Assembly (NCBI GenBank): GCA_948473335.1
Contig: CAOKXF010000007.1
Location: forward strand, 36,338 to 100,337
DNA length: 64,000 nucleotides
From: an uncultured Clostridium sp.
GTDB taxonomy: Bacteria > Bacillota > Clostridia > TANB77 > CAG-508
Direction: 5' to 3'
Position numbers and translations under genes: made by a program
The notes under the pieces: model-generated
Seen by the model: the letters and a program-made list of their open reading frames with translations, nothing else
Database searches by the model: none
Told to the model about the DNA's origin: nothing
Part shown: positions 37,119 through 45,285 of the stretch, in pieces
How the letters are laid out: every line of letters begins with the position of its first letter
Numbering within the stretch: position 1 is the stretch's first letter

Positions 37119-38372
37119 ATGAAAAAAGTAAAAATTGCAATAATAATTTTAACTGTAATACTAATAAGTTTAATATCTTTTGCAGGAGTATATGTACAAA
37201 AGCAAAATAGAATGGAAAATCAAGTAAAAGGATATAAGTTAGGAATGAACTTATCAGGATATAGACAAATAAGAATAGAGCCTGTAAAACAAGAAGGTGA
37301 AGCTGAAATAACAGATGAAGATGTAAATAAAACAAAAGAAATAATACAGACAAGACTAGAAAAATTAGGAGTAGGAGAATACTTAATTAGAACAAGTAAA
37401 GAAAGTATTGTAATAGAATTAAAAGAAGATGATAAAACAAATTATTTAGCAAGTAATACTGTAATGCAAGGTCAATTTGAAATCATAGATAAAAAGACAA
37501 AAGAAGTGCTTATGACAAATGAACATATAAAATTAGCAAATGTACTATATAATAATACACAAAATGGAACAACAGTATATCTAAATATAGAATTTACAAA
37601 AGAAGGAACAACAAAATTTGAAGAAATAACAAAAAGTTATGCAACAACTGAAGAAACAAAACAAAAAAGAGAAGAGAATAACAATTTTGGATTAGATAGT
37701 CTAACAGGAAATTCTACTACTGCTGCTACAGAAGATCTTAATCAACCAAAGATATCAATGCAGATAGATGGAGAAGAAATATTATCACAAAGTTTTGATA
37801 ACCCAATAACAAGTGGAAAAATACAAGTAACATTAAGTAGATCAACAAGAGATAATGAGACATTACAAGAAAATATACAACAAGCATCAGCAGTTGCTGT
37901 TATATTAGATAATGGAAAGTTTCCAATTAAATATGAACTAAAAGAAAATGAATATGTAAATTCAGACATTACAATCAAAATGTTAGTAACATTCAGTATA
38001 ATTATAGCAGTAATTATATTAATAGCATTATCTATATTAGTTGTAAAATATAAGATGAGAGGTTTAATAGCAAGTATATTATATATAGGACTAATAGCAT
38101 TATATTTATTAATAATAAGATATACAAATGTAGAATTAACAATTGAAGGAATTGCAGGAATACTAATTGTATTTATAATAAATTATATTATTACATTAAG
38201 AATAGCACAACAAAAGAAAATTATACAAGAAGATTTAATACCAATAGCTATAGCAACAATAGCATTTTGCTTTATAGGATGGTCACAAATTGCAAGTTTA
38301 GGAATGGTAATGTTCTGGGGAGCAGTAACATTGATATATCACATGATAACAATAAAAGTATTAGATAATTAG
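37119..38372 (+). CDS. SecD-like membrane protein (divergent)
   Basis: ATG at 37119. An N-terminal TM helix, a periplasmic-type domain (LGMNLSGYRQI, IIQTRLEKLGVGEYLIRT, MQGQFEIID) and C-terminal TM helices. The canonical GMAVDANVLIFERI segment is not recognisable. Confidence 0.45.
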   Translation: MKKVKIAIIILTVILISLISFAGVYVQKQNRMENQVKGYKLGMNLSGYRQIRIEPVKQEGEAEITDEDVNKTKEIIQTRLEKLGVGEYLIRTSKESIVIELKEDDKTNYLASNTVMQGQFEIIDKKTKEVLMTNEHIKLANVLYNNTQNGTTVYLNIEFTKEGTTKFEEITKSYATTEETKQKREENNNFGLDSLTGNSTTAATEDLNQPKISMQIDGEEILSQSFDNPITSGKIQVTLSRSTRDNETLQENIQQASAVAVILDNGKFPIKYELKENEYVNSDITIKMLVTFSIIIAVIILIALSILVVKYKMRGLIASILYIGLIALYLLIIRYTNVELTIEGIAGILIVFIINYIITLRIAQQKKIIQEDLIPIAIATIAFCFIGWSQIASLGMVMFWGAVTLIYHMITIKVLDN

Positions 38373-38390
38373 AGAGGAAAGGAAGATAAA

Positions 38391-39065
38391 ATGAAACAGA
38401 TAAGTACTAAAAATAAAATAATAGGGATAGTTTCAATCTTAATAGTAATTATAGCACTAATAGTTGTTATAGTAGGTGGCTTCAATGTTGAAAGAAAATA
38501 TCAAAGCTATAAAAAAATAAGTATATATGTTGGAGAAGAAGTAGATATAGAAAAAATTGAAAAGGTAGTAAACGATACACTTGGAAAGAATAAAGCAACA
38601 GTACAGAAAATCGAAATATATAATGATACTTTTCAAGTAATAGCAAAAGAAATTACAGAAGAACAAAAAAATACAATAGTAGACAAGGTAAATGAACTAT
38701 ATCCAATAACAACAGTAGATAATAATGTGGAAAATACTGAAACTAGTGTAAGAGTTAAAAAAGAAGATATACAAATAGTATCAGCTAGTAATGTAAGACT
38801 AAGAGATGTATTCAAACCATATATAATGCCATTTATTATTGCTACCTTATGTATTATTGTATATGTTGCAATTAGATATCGTAAAATAGGAGTAATAAGA
38901 GTAATATTAGAGACAATTGGGGTTTTACTTGGAGTTCAAATTTTATTATTAAGTGTTTTAGCAATTATTAGATTTCCTATGGGAAGGTTTACTCCAGCTC
39001 TAATTCTTATAGCATATATCATGTCAGTGATTTATATTTCAAACAGATGGAAAAATATGAAATAA
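38391..39065 (+). CDS. SecF-like membrane protein (short, divergent)
   Basis: N-terminal TM helix, an alpha/beta domain similar to SecF P1, and only about 3 C-terminal TM helices. Adjacent to the SecD-like gene. Confidence 0.4.
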   Translation: MKQISTKNKIIGIVSILIVIIALIVVIVGGFNVERKYQSYKKISIYVGEEVDIEKIEKVVNDTLGKNKATVQKIEIYNDTFQVIAKEITEEQKNTIVDKVNELYPITTVDNNVENTETSVRVKKEDIQIVSASNVRLRDVFKPYIMPFIIATLCIIVYVAIRYRKIGVIRVILETIGVLLGVQILLLSVLAIIRFPMGRFTPALILIAYIMSVIYISNRWKNMK

Positions 39066-39079
39066 ATAAAAATTTTAAC

Positions 39080-39104
39080 GGGGTTTCTACAGAAACCCCA
39101 TTTT
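39080..39104. terminator. bidirectional GC-rich terminator
   Basis: GGGGTTTCT-AC-AGAAACCCC flanked by a T-run on the + strand and an A-run upstream. It lies between convergent genes. Confidence 0.7.
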
Positions 39105-39121
39105 AGCTCGAAATGAATAAA

Positions 39122-39334
39122 TTAATTATTTTTATCATCGTCACTTTCCCATCCTTCCTTTTTTCCTAAACCTGACAATATGTATAACAATTTAAACAAT
39201 AATAGACAAGCCAATGTGGAAATAATGAAATCAATGATAGTGTTCACTTGTGTAAAATCTGCACCAATGAAGTCATTAAAAAAAGCCATTAGTGCAGCAA
39301 GAATTACTAAAACGATGGTAAGCAAAATTTTCAT
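39122..39334 (-). CDS. small 2-TM protein with an acidic C-terminus (holin-like architecture), hypothetical
   Basis: 70 aa with two hydrophobic helices and a charged tail GKKEGWESDDDKNN. Confidence 0.45.
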   Translation of the reverse strand: MKILLTIVLVILAALMAFFNDFIGADFTQVNTIIDFIISTLACLLLFKLLYILSGLGKKEGWESDDDKNN

Positions 39335-39514
39335 TGAGCTGTTCCTCCAAATATTTTTATAGAATGAAAATATTATATATTAATTAAAAGAGAAATTCAA
39401 GTACAAAAAATACAAAAGATAGTTTTAAACAAATAATATAATAATTATTTATAAAAAATATTAACTGAAAAATTGAAATATAATAATGAGATATAAGAGA
39501 ATAGTTAAAAATGT

Positions 39515-39543
39515 TTGAATTTTTGATTATAATAGAGTATAAT
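39515..39543 (+). promoter_or_regulatory. sigma-A type promoter (TTGAAT-17-TATAAT)
   Basis: Hexamers at 39515-39520 and 39538-39543. The 5' UTR has an AATAC-TTCG-GTATT hairpin (39550-39563). Confidence 0.5.
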
Positions 39544-39612
39544 TATATTAATACTTCGGTATTGTGGAACTATAAATTGTATACTAAAATAAGTACAAGG
39601 AGGAAAAATGCA

Positions 39613-39993
39613 ATGACACGTGAACAATGGGGGAAGGCAGTTCAGACTCTACCAGATGATGTTTGGGAACAGTTTGAAGCAGAGGCATCAGGAGAAACAG
39701 CGCAGCTAGAAGCACAAAGAAGGAGAAATGACCCAGAGTATCAAAAGCGGATTGACGAAGAGGTAAAAAGCATCCGTGAGATAATAAGGAGACAACGTAA
39801 AGCTGATCGCATTATAGGTATTAGTGGCATTATAACGTTTGCTATCTGGATGGCTTTTTCAGGAATTTTGTGGATTATCTATGTGCTGGGTGGAGGACAA
39901 GAGTGGAGTCTGTATATGTTTTTTGCAGGTCCTGTATTGGGATTGATTGGGATATTATTTTCATATTGTATCTTAATCAGATCAAAAGAATGA
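39613..39993 (+). CDS. hypothetical protein: helical N-domain + 2-3 C-terminal TM helices (higher-GC orphan)
   Basis: ATG at 39613 follows aaggaggaaaaatgca. The 126-aa product starts MTREQWGKAVQTLPDDVWEQFEAE. GC is clearly above that of the flanks. Confidence 0.6.
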   Translation: MTREQWGKAVQTLPDDVWEQFEAEASGETAQLEAQRRRNDPEYQKRIDEEVKSIREIIRRQRKADRIIGISGIITFAIWMAFSGILWIIYVLGGGQEWSLYMFFAGPVLGLIGILFSYCILIRSKE

Positions 39994-40033
39994 GCACAGC
40001 ACAGCATTGCATTGAAAAATGATTTTCTTTTTC

Positions 40034-40056
40034 CCGCTTCGCAAGAAGCGGTTTTT
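40034..40056 (+). terminator. rho-independent terminator
   Basis: CCGCTTC-GCAA-GAAGCGG followed by TTTTT. Confidence 0.75.
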
Positions 40057-40070
40057 CTTATATTTAAAGA

Positions 40071-40110
40071 TACAAAAAACAGCTTATAAACTGTAAAGTT
40101 TATAAGCTGT
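40071..40110 (-). terminator. terminator of the minus-strand P-loop gene
   Basis: 13-bp perfect stem ACAGCTTATAAAC/GTTTATAAGCTGT with a T-run on the minus strand. Confidence 0.65.
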
Positions 40111-40234
40111 TATAATTTCCTTAGCTGTGGTTATTTGCGAAAAAACATACTCTCACACTTGAACTATTCCTGACTATTCACTATATACACATTTTATCAT
40201 ATAATTCTATAAAATGTATACTTTAAAATGAAAT

Positions 40235-40807
40235 TTATTTAAATAAATTTTCTAAGATTTCATTCAATACTTTTTCTCTGTCTTTTGAAGTATCAATATA
40301 TTTTATTTCATATTTAGGGCATTCTATCTTCAACATTTCATTACAACTATACCAATCTTGAGCATGTTCTAATAGATAATCCTTAGATAATCCATAAGTC
40401 CAACTTTCTTTTGTATCATATGTAATGCATTGATTTATCATATCTTCTGGTTCAAAGTTTCCTAATCCTAAACATAACACTATCGTATTATCAAAATCTA
40501 TCATTTCTTTAACAATTTTCGGATGTAATTGACCACTTTCTAATATATATCCATATTCTTTTATATCTTTTTTAATTAGTGAATTATACAATTCTAAAAG
40601 AGTTTTTTGAAAATATTCTCCATGTTCAAATTCTTTTTGTTTATCTACGTTTTTTCTGTAATATTGTTCTTCACCTTTTGCTCTAATCATTGCCCATTTT
40701 AAACTATCGCTATGTATTAAATTGTAACTATTATACTTGTCTTTTATCATCTTACTCAAAGTTGTTTTTCCTGCTCTTCCTATTCCCATAATTAATATAT
40801 TTTTCAT
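40235..40807 (-). CDS. P-loop NTPase/kinase-like protein
   Basis: ATG at 40807. Walker A reads MGIGRAGKTT. About 190 aa, the size of a nucleoside/nucleotide-kinase fold. Confidence 0.55.
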   Translation of the reverse strand: MKNILIMGIGRAGKTTLSKMIKDKYNSYNLIHSDSLKWAMIRAKGEEQYYRKNVDKQKEFEHGEYFQKTLLELYNSLIKKDIKEYGYILESGQLHPKIVKEMIDFDNTIVLCLGLGNFEPEDMINQCITYDTKESWTYGLSKDYLLEHAQDWYSCNEMLKIECPKYEIKYIDTSKDREKVLNEILENLFK

Positions 40808-41014
40808 AATTCGTTTTTTCCTTTCGATTTCATATATTTTCGTAACTAGCATAATGTTTGCTCACAATTCTTATTACTGCGTTTCTCCACTTTTTATTTT
40901 CTTTCCATTTTTCTCTCCAATTATCTTTTTTCTACATAATAATAGCATAAACATTATTTCATTTAAAGTAATATAAATAAAAAAGTTAAATAATTATTAA
41001 AGGTTCTTATAGGC

Positions 41015-41045
41015 ACGAAAAAAATCGACTTTTTATAGTCGATTT
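41015..41045 (-). terminator. terminator of the tRNA Val-Asp-Phe operon
   Basis: On the minus strand: AAATCGACT-ATAAAA-AGTCGATTT followed by TTTTTTT. Confidence 0.7.
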
Positions 41046-41081
41046 AATCGTCTTTTCGTCTGGTGCGACGATAGTATCCTT

Positions 41082-41157
<76 letters not shown>

Positions 41158-41179
41158 ATAAAAGTAAATAAAAAAAAAG

Positions 41180-41256
41180 TGGCGACCTGGAACGGGCTCG
41201 AACCGTCGACCTCTAGCGTGACAGGCTAGCGTTCTAACCAACTGAACTACCAGGCC
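41180..41256 (-). tRNA. tRNA-Asp (anticodon GTC)
   Basis: Reverse complement is GGCCTGGTAGTTCAGTTGGTTAGAACGCTAGCCTGTCACGCTAGAGGTCGACGGTTCGAGCCCGTTCCAGGTCGCCA. Confidence 0.9.
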
Positions 41257-41264
41257 GTAAAATA

Positions 41265-41340
41265 TGGTGGTCGCTATAGGGCTCGAACCTATGACCCCCT
41301 GCTTGTAAGGCAGATGCTCTCCCAGCTGAGCTAAGCGACC
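41265..41340 (-). tRNA. tRNA-Val (anticodon TAC)
   Basis: Reverse complement is GGTCGCTTAGCTCAGCTGGGAGAGCATCTGCCTTACAAGCAGGGGGTCATAGGTTCGAGCCCTATAGCGACCACCA. Confidence 0.9.
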
Positions 41341-41359
41341 ATATCTACTGACGAAATTT

Positions 41360-41388
41360 AGTATACTATTTTTTTGAAATAATGTCAA
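41360..41388 (-). promoter_or_regulatory. sigma-A type promoter of the tRNA cluster (TTGACA-17-TATACT)
   Basis: The minus strand reads TTGACA ttatttcaaaaaaatag TATACT, about 20 nt upstream of tRNA-Val. Confidence 0.6.
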
Positions 41389-41594
41389 TACATTTTATAA
41401 AAAAAATTAAAAATATGAATAAAAGTTAATAAAAATAAGGAAAAGAGAGAAAATACAATAACAAAAATAATATAAAAGAAGAAAAGATTTTACATTTATA
41501 TAAAAAGTATTGACATTTAGTAGTAAAATGATAAACTATAAACATAGGAAAAATGAGAAAACCTAAATATATTAATAAGGAGAAATATATTGTA

Positions 41595-42068
41595 ATGAAA
41601 AATAACCAAGGAATGTCTTTAATCATTCTTTCAATAACAATAATAGTATTAATAATACTAGCAGGAGTATCATTTGCAATGCTAGTAGGAGAAAATGGAA
41701 TATTTATAAGTAAGGAAAAAGCAGAAATCAAAGAAGCAAAAAAGGTAATAAATCAAGCAATAGAAGATATAAAAAAAGAGGCAATAACAAAAATAACAGA
41801 AAATAGTAATATATTAGAATACTATCAAAGTATAGATTTAAGTAAGTATGGATTAGACACCAGTAAAGGATATAAATTAGTAACAGAGGATGGAAATGAG
41901 GCAAAAGGAATATCACAAGATGGAATAATAGCCATAAAATATGAAAACAAGAACTCAGAAATATCAGTAATAGGGAAAATAGATTTCAAAATAGATATCA
42001 ATAATGAAGAAAATAAAGATACATCTGGTTCATTATATGGAACGATAGAAAAGGCACATGAAAAATAG
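41595..42068 (+). CDS. pilin/pseudopilin-like protein (hydrophobic N-terminal helix)
   Basis: ATG at 41595 follows aaggagaaatatattgta. The N-terminus MKNNQGMSLIILSITIIVLIILAGVSFAMLVGENGI resembles Firmicute prepilin-like leaders, but Glu+5 is absent. Confidence 0.45.
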   Translation: MKNNQGMSLIILSITIIVLIILAGVSFAMLVGENGIFISKEKAEIKEAKKVINQAIEDIKKEAITKITENSNILEYYQSIDLSKYGLDTSKGYKLVTEDGNEAKGISQDGIIAIKYENKNSEISVIGKIDFKIDINNEENKDTSGSLYGTIEKAHEK

Positions 42069-42129
42069 AGAAAAAAGACACATTCAAAAATAAAGTAAAT
42101 ATTTAAAATACAAAGGAAAGAGAAAAAAG

Positions 42130-42795
42130 ATGAATATAGTTTTTTATGTAATAATATTTGCAATAGGTATAGTACTTGGAAATTTATATAAGTTAGAAAT
42201 AAAAGAGAAGAACACAGGATTAAAAATATTAACAGGAATACTATTTGTGTTATTTGCAATAGCAATGAAAATTAATGTAGAAAATATTGAAATAAATAAT
42301 ATTATAACATTACTATTTATAATGCTATATATAATATTTATAGTATTAGTAGCAAGTACAGACAAAAATAATAGAAATATAGAAAAGTCAATATTAGCAT
42401 ATGGAATTATAATTGCAGTAATATATATAATATATTTATGTATTATAGAAGAAACAAAAATATATAATAAATATCCAATATATCTGTTATTAATAATAGC
42501 ATTATTAGTAGTAGACAATATTAAAGCAAAAAGGAAAGCAGAAAACAATTATACAGTTAGTATATTAATGATTATATTAATTATGACAATATTTACAAGA
42601 GAATACATAAGCATAGTAACTATAACAGTTACTCTAATTATGGTAGCATTATATGTAATAATAAATAAAATAAAAAATAAGAAAAAAAATGTAAATAAAC
42701 CATATGATAAAAATATAAAAATAGGATTAATACTATCAATAACAAATATGGTAATATTCTTATCAAGTTTGCTGTATGCTAATATAATAAGATAA
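42130..42795 (+). CDS. polytopic membrane protein (possibly prepilin-peptidase-related), hypothetical
   Basis: About 6 TM helices, adjacent to the pilin-like gene. The A24 peptidase Asp motifs are not clearly recognisable. Confidence 0.35.
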   Translation: MNIVFYVIIFAIGIVLGNLYKLEIKEKNTGLKILTGILFVLFAIAMKINVENIEINNIITLLFIMLYIIFIVLVASTDKNNRNIEKSILAYGIIIAVIYIIYLCIIEETKIYNKYPIYLLLIIALLVVDNIKAKRKAENNYTVSILMIILIMTIFTREYISIVTITVTLIMVALYVIINKIKNKKKNVNKPYDKNIKIGLILSITNMVIFLSSLLYANIIR

Positions 42796-42890
42796 GAATG
42801 AGGAAACATAACCTTGTTATATAGAAGGACTATTTTAGCACAACTAAAAGAAAGGAAAAATTATCTATAAAGATAATATAATCTAAAAAT

Positions 42891-43817
42891 ATGAATATAG
42901 GAATAGATTTAGGTGGAAGTCATATAGCAGTAGGAACAGTAAAAAAAGGAAAAATAGAAAAAAAGAGAGAAATTGAAGTAACAGAAGCGGATAAACAAAA
43001 TGCAAGAGAATTTGTAGAAGAAAATATATTAAAATTAATATCAGAAATACAAGAAGAAAAAATAGAAACAATAGGAATAGCAGTACCAGGAACAGTAAGT
43101 GAAAATAAAATAATAAAATGCATTAATTTAGGAATAGAAAATTATAATATAGTTGAAAAAATAAAGGAAAAATTAGAAGAAAGATACAAAATAAAAAATG
43201 TAAAAATAAAACTGTCAAATGATGCGAAATGTGCTGCAATAGCAGAACAACGATATGGATGCCTAAGAGGGTATAAAGATTCGATATTTTTAACATTAGG
43301 AACAGGAATAGGAGGAGCTGTAATACTAAACAATGAATTAATTACATCAAAACAAGTACCAGGATATGAATTTGGACATATGACAATTAATGTAAAAAGT
43401 AAAGAAAAATGCAAATGTGGGAAAGTAGGATGCTTTGAGCAATATGCAAGTATGAAAACATTAAAAAACAACTTAAAAAAAGCATTAGAAATTGATGGAA
43501 ATGTATCAGGAGAACAACTATATGAAATATTAAAATATGATAAAATTTTAAATAAAAAAATAAACCAAGTAATAAATGAATTTACAGAATATTTAGCTAT
43601 AGGAATATCAAATTTAGTTAACATATTTGAACCACAAATTATAGGAATAGGTGGAAGTTATGTATATTTTGAAGAATTTATAGGAGAAAAATTAAAAGAT
43701 TTATTATTAAATAGAAATTTATTATTTAATGAAAGAGAAGATATAATAATTAGACCAGCGGAATTAGGAAATGAAGCAGGAATAGTAGGAGCAAGTATAA
43801 TAGCACAGGAGGAATAA
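42891..43817 (+). CDS. glcK: ROK-family glucokinase
   Basis: MNIGIDLGGSHIAVG (ATP-binding DxGG), the ROK zinc motif GHMTINVKSKEKCKCGKVGCFEQYAS, and GIGGS. Confidence 0.8.
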   Translation: MNIGIDLGGSHIAVGTVKKGKIEKKREIEVTEADKQNAREFVEENILKLISEIQEEKIETIGIAVPGTVSENKIIKCINLGIENYNIVEKIKEKLEERYKIKNVKIKLSNDAKCAAIAEQRYGCLRGYKDSIFLTLGTGIGGAVILNNELITSKQVPGYEFGHMTINVKSKEKCKCGKVGCFEQYASMKTLKNNLKKALEIDGNVSGEQLYEILKYDKILNKKINQVINEFTEYLAIGISNLVNIFEPQIIGIGGSYVYFEEFIGEKLKDLLLNRNLLFNEREDIIIRPAELGNEAGIVGASIIAQEE

Positions 43818-43819
43818 AA

Positions 43820-45154
43820 TTGAAACAAGAAAAAGTAGCATTTTTAACATTAGGATGCAAGGTAAATCAATATGAAACAAATGCCATGGCACAGAAATTC
43901 AAAGAACAGGGATATGAAGTAACAGAATATGAAGCCAATGACATAAAAGGAAAGATAGAAACAGATATATATGTAATAAATACTTGTACAGTAACAAATA
44001 TATCAGATAGAAAATCAAGACAAATATTAAGAAAAGTAAAGGAACATAATAAAAAAGCAATTGTAGTTGCAACAGGATGTTATGCACAAGTTGCAAAAGA
44101 AATATTAGAACAAATGGAAGAGATAGACTTAGTATTAGGAAACAATGAAAAAAAAGATATAGTTAAATATATAGAAAAATTCAAAGAAGATTATAACAAG
44201 ATTACAAAAGTAGAGGAGACATTCAAATCAAAAGAGTTTTGTGAATTTGGAACTACCACATATACAGAAAAAACAAGAGCAGCAATAAAAGTGCAAGATG
44301 GATGTGATAGATTTTGCACATATTGTATAATTCCATATGCAAGAGGAAGAGTAAGAAGTAGAGAACCAAAAAGAGTTATAGAAGAAATAAAAGAAATTGC
44401 ACAAAAAGGAATAAAAGAAGTAGTAATAACAGGAATACATATTGCATCATATGGAAAGGATTTTAATGCTAAATATGAATTAATAGATTTATTAGAAAAA
44501 ATAAATGAAATAGAAGGGATAAAAAGAATAAGATTAGGATCAATAGAACCAACATTAATAACAGATGAATTTATAGAGAGGTTAAAAAGACTAAAAAAGG
44601 TTTGCCACCATTTTCATCTATCATTACAAAGTGGATGTAATGAAACATTAGCAAGAATGAACAGAAAATACAGTATAGAAGAATTTGAAAAAGTAGTAGA
44701 GAGACTAAGAAATACATATAATGATGTAATACTAACAACAGATATAATAGTAGGATTTCCAGGAGAAACAGAAGAGGAATTTAGACAAACTAAAAAGTTC
44801 TTAGAAGAAATAAAATTCTATAAAATGCATATATTTCCATATTCACAAAGAAAAGGAACAAAAGCAGCAGAAATGCAAAAACAAGTAGATGGAAATATAA
44901 AAGAAAAAAGAACAAAAGAACTAATAGAGATATCAAATAAAAATCAATTAGAATATAACAAAAAATATTGTGGAAAGCAAGTAGAAGTGCTAATTGAAGA
45001 AAAAGAAAAAGGAATATACAAAGGACATACATCTAATTATATACTAGTAAAGATAAAAGATATAGAAGATAATAATTTAGAAAATAAAATAGAAAAAGTA
45101 CAAATAGAAGAAGCAAATGAAACAAACCTAATAGGAAAATTATTAAAGAATTAA
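43820..45154 (+). CDS. mtaB: tRNA t6A37 methylthiotransferase MtaB (radical SAM MTTase)
   Basis: TTG start follows caggaggaataaaa. VAFLTLGCKVNQYE (UPF0004 domain), radical SAM motif GCDRFCTYCIIP, and a C-terminal TRAM-like domain. Confidence 0.8.
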   Translation: MKQEKVAFLTLGCKVNQYETNAMAQKFKEQGYEVTEYEANDIKGKIETDIYVINTCTVTNISDRKSRQILRKVKEHNKKAIVVATGCYAQVAKEILEQMEEIDLVLGNNEKKDIVKYIEKFKEDYNKITKVEETFKSKEFCEFGTTTYTEKTRAAIKVQDGCDRFCTYCIIPYARGRVRSREPKRVIEEIKEIAQKGIKEVVITGIHIASYGKDFNAKYELIDLLEKINEIEGIKRIRLGSIEPTLITDEFIERLKRLKKVCHHFHLSLQSGCNETLARMNRKYSIEEFEKVVERLRNTYNDVILTTDIIVGFPGETEEEFRQTKKFLEEIKFYKMHIFPYSQRKGTKAAEMQKQVDGNIKEKRTKELIEISNKNQLEYNKKYCGKQVEVLIEEKEKGIYKGHTSNYILVKIKDIEDNNLENKIEKVQIEEANETNLIGKLLKN

Positions 45155-45202
45155 ACATAATAATATCTCTAAAATAAGATAGTAAATAAAAGATAAAAAG
45201 CA

Positions 45203-45231
45203 TTGACAAAACAAAATATTTAAGGGATAAT
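45203..45231 (+). promoter_or_regulatory. sigma-A type promoter (TTGACA-17-GATAAT) for glgP
   Basis: Hexamers at 45203-45208 and 45226-45231. Confidence 0.5.
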
Positions 45232-45285
45232 AACTACAAATATACAATAGAAAAAATAAAAAGAAAAACTTAGGAGGACAAGGAA

